This document shows positions 1-9,573 of a stretch of DNA of 64,000 nucleotides, one piece after another. The DNA is from Bigelowiella natans CCMP2755 (lineage: Eukaryota > Protista > Cercozoa). The stretch is taken from positions 124,001 through 188,000 of the forward strand of contig ADNK01000136.1 of the NCBI GenBank assembly GCA_000320545.1, read 5' to 3'. The notes beneath the pieces were generated by a model, which was given only the letters and a program-made list of their open reading frames with translations, made no database searches and had not been told where the DNA came from. Position 1 is the first letter of the stretch. Each line of letters opens with the position of its first letter. Position numbers and translations under genes: made by a program.

Positions 1-1006
1 CATAACGGGTAACGGGTAACAACTTAAGCGGAAGCTCAGCAGATAGATAAATTGTCAGAGTGTTTCACATAAAGTTCAACCTTCTTATGGTTGAACATGG
101 ATGGCATGGTCTTCGTGAGCTTGGAGTACTGAACGTGCTTGGGACCAAACTCTTTCATTGCCTTGGAATAGGGATTGATGGTCAAGCAATTCAATTTAAG
201 TTGTTGTATTTGAATAACCTTGATAGTAATATTGAGAGCAGTAAGGGTGACTTTAAAGTTTGGACTTTTCATTCCTGCAAGGAGTTGAGTAGTTGCTTGC
301 TCTCCACATCCAAGCTCGAAGTACAGAGAGAAAATTTCTTCGGTGTTCGCCTAATCATTAAATTCAAATTCAGGGACAGATTCAATTGGAAGGTTTTCTG
401 GCTCGTCCATACCTTCGTCGTTGCTTTGTTTGAGGCGAAGGCTTTTTTGACAAGGTGGGGAAGAACATCGTCCACGCATTTTTTGGCAATTTGAGCTCGG
501 TCTACAAAAATCTGAAACGAATGGAATTAATTAATGTGCCAACCGTATATCAGAAAGAAAGCCTTGGAACCTTGATAGCTTCTGTTGCCTCTGCTTGTGC
601 AGCAGGGTTCGTGTCGATTAGCATCTATATTATAAGGATGTCATTGTAACGTAGAGCGTTATATCTGAATAGCGGTGGATACCTTCTTGAAGAAGCCAGT
701 ATATTTTGAAAAGACACTGCTCTTTTCATCCTCAGCCATCTTAAACTCCTGCGTCAGCTTTTTGTATGCAGAATTTCGGATCTACAGTATTGACACATAT
801 GTAGAAGTTACAGGATGCGGGGAAAGATCAGAGGTGTAACTTGGAGAGACTGTTGAAAAAAACACCTTCCAATTTTTGCTGATGAGAATCTCCTCGAGTG
901 GCCCGTTTGCGCCTTCATCAGGCTTCGCTGGTGCAGCGCCAAATGGGTTTGCCGAATCGAGGTTGTACCCTCCACTACCCCCCACTTTTATTGCATCTAC
1001 ATCCAT
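1..1006 (-). CDS. XMAP215/ch-TOG/MOR1-family microtubule polymerase, 5' part (TOG1), multi-exon, runs off window
   Basis: ATG at 1006; spliced reading PLEEILISKNWK|IRNSAYKKL...FFKK|MLIDTNPAAQAEA...EFGPKHV...PSMFNHK matches the TOG1 HEAT pattern (LEDRL.HK.WK.R..AY, DSN..AQ, FG.K). Confidence 0.8.
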
Positions 1007-2092
1007 CCTGCTGATTTTTACAAATTCAGAGCCAGCCTCTAACTGTTGAATCCGAAGGTATCACTCCAACGGAAAATAGGGGAGGTGGTGTTGGTTGGTT
1101 TGTGTATTTTGTAGAGAGTTGTTGCCGAGTAGAAGAACGAACTGCTGGGCTATTATGTGTTGTGTAGTTGTTTCCAAAAAGTAGAACCCACACTACGGCA
1201 ATACTACTACTGTTTCTTGACTATCCGCACACAATGACGCGCCGCTATCGTCCGACAACATATTTATTGACAAAAAATACCCTGGATGCCAGTACTCCTT
1301 TCAGAAAGGAAAGAAAGGGCCTGCAATCAGCATGTGTATTTTCCACAAAAATGTCGTTATAGTAGTTTTTGGAAAAAATGGCGGGAGCCCGTTGCCTCGC
1401 TCCCGAGAAAGACTGAAAGAACTGATCACCAGGACAATTTGGGCGTTTACACCAGAAACATAGCGAGAAATTATTTTATCAACTTACTTTCTCGTACTTG
1501 GAAAGTAATAAATTATTATTTTAGATCTAGATCTAGATCTACAGGCCTGTACTTGTAGGTTTTTCCCATGCATGGAAATTTCTAAGAACTCTCCGGGTTG
1601 ATCGCAAAAAAACGTCCTAAGAACGTTCTGGGACCAGTCTAGCGAGAACAGAAGGAAATGCACAATATCCAGTCCATTCACAGCTTAAATCTAGGAATTC
1701 TGCAAGCATTACGAAATAACATCCTTAAAAAGTTGCTGATACTCATGGAAAGTGAGCCTGTGTTCTAAGTCCCACAAGTAGATTTATTTATGCAGATGAC
1801 TGCTTTGTTTTACTGTTGTACCGTCTAATAACCCGTCTAATATTCGTTGTCGCTAACAAAAAAAATCATCAAATTCTTTTTCTTACCGAATACGATTTCG
1901 TTTCGTCAAACTGAAGGAGACCAAACTTGGACATTGCTGGGACCTTTCTCAGCAAAAACCAAAAAGCAACAAGACCCTTCCCGCAACTCGCTCACAGGTT
2001 TTGTTTACATATTTTCGTTCCCGATCAAAACAAGGATTGTATTATTTTTCCTTCTTCGGTCATGGAAACTGAATCATACGAATCAATCAGCC

Positions 2093-2986
2093 ATGCATTC
2101 CAGCTCTGGTCCGAAAAGGGTAAGGGTTGTTTTCAGCAAACAGCCCCCCAGGATTTGGTATAAAGATCAAGCACACGAGCCAAAATTCTTCGAAGTTACT
2201 GTTGCTTTGAAAGATGAACATGGTAGACGAATTCGAGGGATGGATGTTCCCTTAACTCCAAAGCTGCTGTATAACAACATGTCCGAGGTGAAGAGGCAGA
2301 CAATACTTAAGATAAATAAGGATTCGGTTCCCAAGATTGGGAAGACTGGTGTAGCAGAACTTAAAATACGCATTGATTCGGTCTCCAAAAACCATGATAA
2401 TCATGATTTCATTGTCAACATAGCACCTGAACCCGGAGTCGTCCCTCCCGGTGTGGTGTTCGAGAGCGCAAAATCTCAACCAATTACTGTGAGGTCTAAG
2501 AGAAATCGTGGAAAAAGAAAAAAAGAGGGAGCCATAGATGCTGAAAGTTTATCTGCTATTGCTTCATGGTGTAGATTTAACGCCGGGATGTTAGAAGAGC
2601 TTTATAGAAGGGAAACATGTCCATGCTGCGAATATATGATGAATTCTCACGCTCAATCGTGCAAGTTGAAGACGAGCATTCAAGCCTACCGAAATATCGT
2701 GCAGAGGCTTATTCCAGGGAGCAAAATGGCAGGTGTATCAAAGAGAGCAAAGACAGAAGACTACCATTTCCCGCCAACACCGCAGCATACTAGACTACCT
2801 TCAACGGAACTCAAGAGGAATCGTAGCCCCGCTCTTGCTTTAGATCAGATTCATACTTTGATACCGTCTGTGCCAAATAGCTCTGTACAGATGTCTGATG
2901 ACCTTTTTTCGACAATGGGTTCATCTGTGCCATCCGTACCTCCTCTCTTACGGAATCCCTCTTTAACTAGGAAAAAGTCGGGTTAG
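2093..2986 (+). CDS. Intronless CudA/STAT-like (p53-fold) DNA-binding protein
   Basis: First in-frame ATG at 2093; FSKQPPRIWYKD...KIRIDSVSKNHDNHDFIVNI...SQPITVRSK, basic NLS-like RSKRNRGKRKK, CPCC-x6-H-x3-C, Ser/Pro tail. Confidence 0.55.
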   Translation: MHSSSGPKRVRVVFSKQPPRIWYKDQAHEPKFFEVTVALKDEHGRRIRGMDVPLTPKLLYNNMSEVKRQTILKINKDSVPKIGKTGVAELKIRIDSVSKNHDNHDFIVNIAPEPGVVPPGVVFESAKSQPITVRSKRNRGKRKKEGAIDAESLSAIASWCRFNAGMLEELYRRETCPCCEYMMNSHAQSCKLKTSIQAYRNIVQRLIPGSKMAGVSKRAKTEDYHFPPTPQHTRLPSTELKRNRSPALALDQIHTLIPSVPNSSVQMSDDLFSTMGSSVPSVPPLLRNPSLTRKKSG

Positions 2987-3232
2987 AAGTGATGAGCGTC
3001 CGTGTCTTGTTTAATTGTGATAGGCATTATGAAACACAGTACGTTGTCTGATGAAGGAAAATGAAGAGATCAATCAAGATGAATCTAACTTTGCGCTTTT
3101 GATCTTTTGATGCGGATGCACTTGCACATGTGTGCACACACGTGTGCGATGCCAGACTTGCAACGACAGGAATGTGCGCAAGTCATGGAAGAACACTGTG
3201 TGTGACTGCTGCGTTCGCGCGCAGCTTGATTA

Positions 3233-3380
3233 TATAGCCATTAAAGGCTATAGAGCGTACCGAGTCAAAAGTACACATGTTCCCTGAGACATGTGTGGTA
3301 GAGCATGTGCTGTAAAGAACATGTGTACTAAACTACATATGTTCGTACGTGCGTACGCTATATAGCCCTTAAAGGCTATA
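3233..3380. mobile_element. ~148-bp MITE-like element with self-palindromic TIRs
   Basis: Left tatagccattaaaggctatagagcgtac vs revcomp of right end tatagcctttaagggctatatagcgtac (28 bp, 3 mismatches); internal IR agtacacatgttc/gaacatgtgtact. Confidence 0.7.
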
Positions 3381-3439
3381 GATGATGTTCTGCGCTAGTT
3401 CAGTGTGACCACTACCACAGTGCAACAGACATGCAATAT

Positions 3440-3731
3440 CACATGTGCATCACGTGTGCCATTTGCTGTCTAGCTGTGTCCACAATCAGCACAAGGGGTT
3501 GAAATTTGGATTCCCAGCAGCCGTCCTCAATTTCCTCACATACATCAAATGTGCCTCACGTCACAAGTCATCGTTTGTGGGTGTCTTTTGCAATGCATGC
3601 AATGACATTGACTGGCAGTGGCACGCAAGTGCAATGAAGCAAACGTCAAACAAAGCTAGAAAGCGCCCAATTTGACATCATTCATTGCGAAAGATCAATG
3701 CTTTTCATTCGAACACATCAAAGACAAGTTA
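3440..3731. repeat. Diverged outer left arm of large inverted repeat
   Basis: Reverse complement aligns to ~7694-7786 plus 8642-8825 with small indels and TG/CA swaps. Confidence 0.85.
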
Positions 3732-4399
3732 CAAGCCCACCATGTTCACGCATTCTTTGAAAGACACGATGTTCATTTTCCATGCTAGCATGTGATTGTG
3801 TTTCACGTCATTCGAATTCCGAGATGCATTGCTTTGACCGACAAAGCAACAAAAAATCGAAATTCAAAAATTTTCTTTGGGTTTCTCTCGTGGAGTGAAA
3901 AACCAAAGTGTGAAATGTGAAATGTGGAATTTGTGTGCAATGTGTTTGCTAGTGAGTGTGCAATGTGACACATGTGACATGTGTGCACACATGCATTGCA
4001 CATGCTGTCACTGTGTCCATGACTCCTCCCGCCTCCAAACGCAAATTCATCGACCTGTGACTTTGACTGCGCCTACAACAAAGTGATTGCTGCATTGGCG
4101 GGGGGCTAGCTTGGCCCGTGGCCGCACCTAGGTGCAGAGCAGGAGCCGGTCTCAAACTCGAAGTCTGCGTCGTCATTGGCTTGGGCTCCACTGCTGCTAG
4201 CCTGGTTCACCCCGCCATGTTGTTGTGCCATTTATGGGAGCCACATGGATGGCTAGCGTTTTGTCTCCATAGGGCACAAAAGGGATTGGATGGATGTGAT
4301 GCTAAACGCACATTGTAGAGTACGAGACAAATGCATACATTATGGACACGTAATCCCCATATATGCATAGTATGTAGTATATTACTTTGTCCATTATGT

Positions 4400-4484
4400 A
4401 CAACCTAAGCGCTGCAGCCGCTGCTTTGCATAGCTACAATGGGATGACTATTGAAAAGATTGCATCTCTTCATTGCATCCGTCT
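4400..4484 (+). repeat. Dispersed repeat ending TTCATTGCATCCGTCT followed by (TA)n
   Basis: Homologous copies at 6903-6987(-), 47714-47796(-), partial 30615-30678(+), terminal 36250-36265(-). Confidence 0.75.
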
Positions 4485-4492
4485 AATATATA

Positions 4493-4533
<41 letters not shown>

Positions 4534-4782
4534 ACATATATATAAACGCACAGATGGTGGTTGAAAAAGAAAGTGTGTAGTAATTTAACACCCTTAATGC
4601 AACCAACTCAGTATTTATGAAATTAAATGCGTTTTATTTAAAATTGAGAAATTTGGGCCAATCATTCAATTCCAAACAGATGCATACCCATCAGGATGCA
4701 CCTAGATTGTTATATGCTGCAAAAATCTATTATCGAGTTTATCACTTCGCATTATTAGAATTACAATCCTATATTATCCCAA

Positions 4783-4992
4783 TCAAGACCACTTGCTAAA
4801 ACCACGATGTTCTTTACACCGCATGTCACGGGAGCCATCAAGACATCTTCTTCCTCCTCCTCCTCCGCCTCCTCCTCCAAATCCTCTTCCTCCAAATCCT
4901 CCTCCTCCAAATCCTCCTCCTCCAAATCCTCCTCCTCCAAGTCCTCCTCCCATCATCGCCATTAACATCATAGGATCAATACCGCCACTATT
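4783..4992 (-). pseudogene. Inverted copy of the GTPase gene 3' end (C-terminal ~69 codons)
   Basis: Encodes ...GGIDPMMLMAMMGGG...RGFSKWS*, identical to the end of 5303..6604, without the GTPase domain. Confidence 0.85.
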
Positions 4993-5000
4993 ACGGGATT

Positions 5001-5050
5001 TATCTCTTCGGCATCGATTCCTTTTGAGAAGGATCGGTGCCGAAGAGATA
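5001..5050. other. Stem-loop at inner junction of the inverted repeat
   Basis: tatctcttcggca-tcgattcctt-ttgag-aaggatcgg-tgccgaagagata: 13-bp perfect outer stem plus near-perfect inner stem. Confidence 0.85.
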
Positions 5051-5302
5051 ATAAGCTGTTTTTGTGTGCAGCCTTAAAACATACAACGGGGGGGTTTTAG
5101 GATAAATAAGCTCATTTGGGTTTTTTGAAGAAAAATCCCCTTGATTTGGATATATATTCCCTGTTGAAATGCCGGAATGCGCTACAGCTATGATTGTGCG
5201 TACCAACCTTCGCCTGCTGTACCACTTACGTGTATGTGTTACGGAGGCACAACTCAAAACCTCGGGTGAACATACCACCACTAACACACCAAATCCAACG
5301 CT

Positions 5303-6604
5303 ATGAAGACAACGCTTTCTTTTCGAAGCTCTGCTAAATCGAGGAAACAAAAACCCGAACCCGCGGTGATGAAAACAACGCTTTCTTTTCGGGGAGCCTC
5401 TATGTCCTCCTCTAAATCACGAGGTCGCACAAAGAAACCCCTCACAATTTGCATGATCGGGGCAACAGGAGTCGGGAAGAGCTCCGCTGCTAATTGCATA
5501 GCGAACATCAAAAAGGACTCACGGAATGCATTCAAAGCCAGTCCAGAAGTGAAAAGCTGTACGTACAAGACTGCTGTAAAGAAATGTCGATGGTTTGACG
5601 ATAGACAACCAATGTACCTTGTTGATACTCCTGGTCTTGGAGATTCTGAAGGACGCGATTCACGGCACATAGCAGAGATGGCAAAGGCGCTTAAGGAGCA
5701 TGGAGAAGTCCACTTGTTTGTAATCGTATTTAACGGGGAGGATGCTCGCATGAATGAGCACACCAAAGGAATGATTGGTATATTTTCAGAAATGTTTGGA
5801 CCAGAATTCCTTCAAAATGCAGCCCTGCTCTTCACACACTGGCCCATGGATAAATACTCTATCAGACGCCGTCGACGTTCTGGCTTGACCAAGGAGAATC
5901 GTCATTTCGAATTCAATAAAAAGTTTCAGGAAATATTCGGCAGTACTCGTGACTTGCCATCGTTCTTTTTGGACTGCGAGTACGATAGATGCGACGAAGA
6001 AGAGGCACGCCCATACAAAGAGGAAATCCTTAAGGTGAAGGAGCTCGCAGAGGCCATGGATCCATTCGCCTGCTTGGATGTAAAGAATGTTCTTTCTCTT
6101 AAGGACCGAGCTGAGAAACTTGCCGAAGACTTTAAAAACAAATTGAAAATATCTAAAGCCAAAGCAGCCGAATCTGCTAAGAAACACGAGAAGGACATGG
6201 AAGAAGAAAGAAAAGCTAGACGGCGTGCTCTCATCAAGGCGGAAAAGGAGAAAAGAGCTGCCCTACAAAAGGCGAAAGAGGAGAGAAGAGCTGCCTTAAA
6301 AAAAGCGGAAGAAGACAAGGATCGTGCAATAAAGAAACAGGAGGAGGAGCATAGAAAAGAGCTCGAACGGGAACAAAACAGAAGGAAATCCTGCAATAGT
6401 GGCGGTATTGATCCTATGATGTTAATGGCGATGATGGGAGGAGGACTTGGAGGAGGAGGATTTGGAGGAGGAGGATTTGGAGGAGGAGGATTTGGAGGAA
6501 GAGGATTTGGAGGAGGAGGCGGAGGAGGAGGAGGAAGAAGATGTCTTGATGGCTCCCGTGACATGCGGTGTAAAGAACATCGTGGTTTTAGCAAGTGGTC
6601 TTGA
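5303..6604 (+). CDS. Intronless AIG1/GIMAP-like TRAFAC GTPase with coiled coil and Gly-rich tail
   Basis: G1 GATGVGKS, G2 SCT, G3 DTPG, LLFTH (AIG1-like G4); E/K/R coiled coil; GGGGF repeats; 433-aa uninterrupted ORF. Confidence 0.85.
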   Translation: MKTTLSFRSSAKSRKQKPEPAVMKTTLSFRGASMSSSKSRGRTKKPLTICMIGATGVGKSSAANCIANIKKDSRNAFKASPEVKSCTYKTAVKKCRWFDDRQPMYLVDTPGLGDSEGRDSRHIAEMAKALKEHGEVHLFVIVFNGEDARMNEHTKGMIGIFSEMFGPEFLQNAALLFTHWPMDKYSIRRRRRSGLTKENRHFEFNKKFQEIFGSTRDLPSFFLDCEYDRCDEEEARPYKEEILKVKELAEAMDPFACLDVKNVLSLKDRAEKLAEDFKNKLKISKAKAAESAKKHEKDMEEERKARRRALIKAEKEKRAALQKAKEERRAALKKAEEDKDRAIKKQEEEHRKELEREQNRRKSCNSGGIDPMMLMAMMGGGLGGGGFGGGGFGGGGFGGRGFGGGGGGGGGRRCLDGSRDMRCKEHRGFSKWS

Positions 6605-6853
6605 TTGGGATAATATAGGATTGTAATTCTAATAATGCGAAGTGATAAACTCGATAATAGATTTTTGCAGCATATAACAATCTAGGTGCATCCTGATGGG
6701 TATGCATCTGTTTGGAATTGAATGATTGGCCCAAATTTCTCAATTTTAAATAAAACGCATTTAATTTCATAAATACTGAGTTGGTTGCATTAAGGGTGTT
6801 AAATTACTACACACTTTCTTTTTCAACCACCATCTGTGCGTTTATATATATGT

Positions 6854-6894
<41 letters not shown>

Positions 6895-7655
6895 TATATA
6901 TTAGACGGATGCAATGAAGAGATGCAATCTTTTCAATAGTCATCCCATTGTAGCTATGCAAAGCAGCGGCTGCAGCGCTTAGGTTGTACATAATGGACAA
7001 AGTAATATACTACATACTATGCATATATGGGGATTACGTGTCCATAATGTATGCATTTGTCTCGTACTCTACAATGTGCGTTTAGCATCACATCCATCCA
7101 ATCCCTTTTGTGCCCTATGGAGACAAAACGCTAGCCATCCATGTGGCTCCCATAAATGGCACAACAACATGGCGGGGTGAACCAGGCTAGCAGCAGTGGA
7201 GCCCAAGCCAATGACGACGCAGACTTCGAGTTTGAGACCGGCTCCTGCTCTGCACCTAGGTGCGGCCACGGGCCAAGCTAGCCCCCCGCCAATGCAGCAA
7301 TCACTTTGTTGTAGGCGCAGTCAAAGTCACAGGTCGATGAATTTGCGTTTGGAGGCGGGAGGAGTCATGGACACAGTGACAGCATGTGCAATGCATGTGT
7401 GCACACATGTCACATGTGTCACATTGCACACTCACTAGCAAACACATTGCACACAAATTCCACATTTCACATTTCACACTTTGGTTTTTCACTCCACGAG
7501 AGAAACCCAAAGAAAATTTTTGAATTTCGATTTTTTGTTGCTTTGTCGGTCAAAGCAATGCATCTCGGAATTCGAATGACGTGAAACACAATCACATGCT
7601 AGCATGGAAAATGAACATCGTGTCTTTCAAAGAATGCGTGAACATGGTGGGCTTG
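6395..7655. repeat. Perfect inverted repeat, right arm; contains GTPase 3' CDS and downstream sequence
   Basis: Reverse complement of 3732-4992. Confidence 0.95.
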
Positions 7656-7786
7656 ATGACATGACACGCACATTGCATTGCTGTGTCCATCATCTTGCAA
7701 CTTGTCTTTGATTGATCTTTCGCAATGAATGATGTCAAATTGGGCGCTTTGACGTTTGCTTCATTGCACTTGCGTGCCACTGCCAG

Positions 7787-8641
7787 CTTGGTTGTCCACT
7801 TTGGAGGCAAGAACCACGCGCCGCGAGTTGCTGATCCCACGTGTGAAGGCCACAAACGCGCTTCACTGCACAATCGCGATCTTGATCGCCACACGTGCGT
7901 CGAAAGCAAATCAAAACTCCCACTCAAACGCGAGCTTGGATTGCAATGTGTGTGAACGTGAAAACCATCTCGTGAAACACGACATGATGAATGTGCGAAG
8001 TGCAATGACAACGGTGATGTTCTCATCACAAAGCGGAAACGTGTGCACGCCACATGCGGTCACGCCATTTGTTCCATCTGAGCACAGTTGTGCGCATGGC
8101 GTCGAGTGCCGAATGAGATTTGCATCACGTCAGATCAAACAGCAATTGCAGCGTTTCATGCTCGACATTGCAGGGCACAAGATTGACCGCGATGCAGTCA
8201 AACTGCAGACAAAAAAAAAAAAAAAAAAAAAACAGCCCATTTCTGCACGTCTCATCGCTTTCCTGATGAGAAAAAGCTCCATCTCTGGTCTGCACATCCT
8301 TTTTTGCCACGTTGCTTCAATCTCAACTGCGTGTTTTTTTCAATGCAAAATCGTTCAATGCAATGCACATGCACACAACTTTTCTTTGACACGTTTCAAA
8401 ACGCTTTTCACTTTGCAATTTGCTGACTTGCCTCCGTTTGCTCTCGCATCTGCCATGCACACGTTTGATTCGCTGACCCATTTGCACGTCTAGACGTGTT
8501 CATTCTCATGCTGCGCTGCGTTCGCGATTTTTCCCCGCCATGTCACTTCGCGCAATCGCAACTTTGGCTTTTGGCAGCGCTCTCAAGCATCACATTTTGC
8601 GTCGATCGTGACCACTTTTGCCTCCAAAGTGGACAACCAAG
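7787..8641. mobile_element. 855-bp non-autonomous TIR element nested in outer right arm
   Basis: 24-bp perfect TIR cttggttgtccactttggaggcaa / ttgcctccaaagtggacaaccaag; flanked by CCAG (7783-7786, 8642-8645); empty site cactgccagtca in left arm (~3609-3620, minus). Confidence 0.85.
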
Positions 8642-9573
8642 CCAGTCATTGCACACATTGCAAAGGACGACACCCACAAACGATGACTTGTGACGTGGAG
8701 AAGGCACACTTGATGCGTGTGAGGAAATTGAGGACGGCTGCTGGGAATCCAAATTTTGACCCCTCACACTGATCACAGACACAGCTAGACAGTGATGGCA
8801 CGTGACGTGCACGTGATGTCACACGTCCCTGGGTCCATTGTCTGGCACAATGCTGCATTGCGTGAACTCACCTCATGACCTGCTTGATTGATTCATCCAC
8901 AGCGATGATTCATGGCGCACGTGTGTTTCGACATTGCAACGATGTGCACAACCTGCTGACAGTTCTGGAGTTGCGTGTTGCTGCAAGCGCGCACAACGTT
9001 CCATCGTGAGTCGTGAGCAGGTCCAAACGAAACGTGGCTTGTCCCAAGACAAAAACAAAGACAACGATGAAAAACATCGTTCCCAAAGTGTGGCAAAGGC
9101 AAGACACTTGCAATGCACGAAGCGCAGTGTTGGAGTTCCTCGAACTAGCTCTAGCTAGCCAGTGAGAACCAACTGGTGCCGAAGCCAGGGAGACCAGCAG
9201 GATTTTGAAGTCGGCACACTAGCTGTCATGGAGCAGTGTCTGTGACTAGCAGCAATGTGGCAGCGACGCAAAGCATGTGCTTTGAGCAGGAACTTCCTGA
9301 AGGCCACATCCAAGCGCCGGTCCACGGTCGGGTCGCCCGAGGCCCGAGATTCGGGCAAGCAGTTGGTCCTCTCGCTTGTCTGGAAACTGCGATGACAACG
9401 ATGATGACAACGACAACAACAATTACAACAATGACCATCAGCATCAAGATTCATCGTAGGTTGTTTGATGATCTAAAAAAAGTCCAAATTTTGTTTCAGA
9501 GAACAGAGCCCATCAGTAACAAATCCGAAACTCACAGTAGCACAGCAGCACTGCACTGCACAGCGTGCTTGCG

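Larger units (their letters stand above)
3732..4992. repeat. Perfect inverted repeat, left arm (~1261 bp)
   Basis: Reverse complement of 6395-7655; paired positions sum to 11387 (mirrored ORFs 4617..4799/6588..6770, 3803..4003/7384..7584, 4118..4318/7069..7269). Confidence 0.95.

Noticed and set aside
1847-2092. N-terminal extension of the 379-aa ORF
   Set aside because: TTG start and UTR-like composition; ATG 2093 preferred
5281-6594. Minus-strand ORFs of 161, 133 and 222 aa
   Set aside because: Antisense shadows of the GTPase gene
7592-9158. Many overlapping Cys/His-rich ORFs, e.g. 7756..8493
   Set aside because: TpA loss removes TAA and most TAG stops, inflating ORFs; no protein motifs
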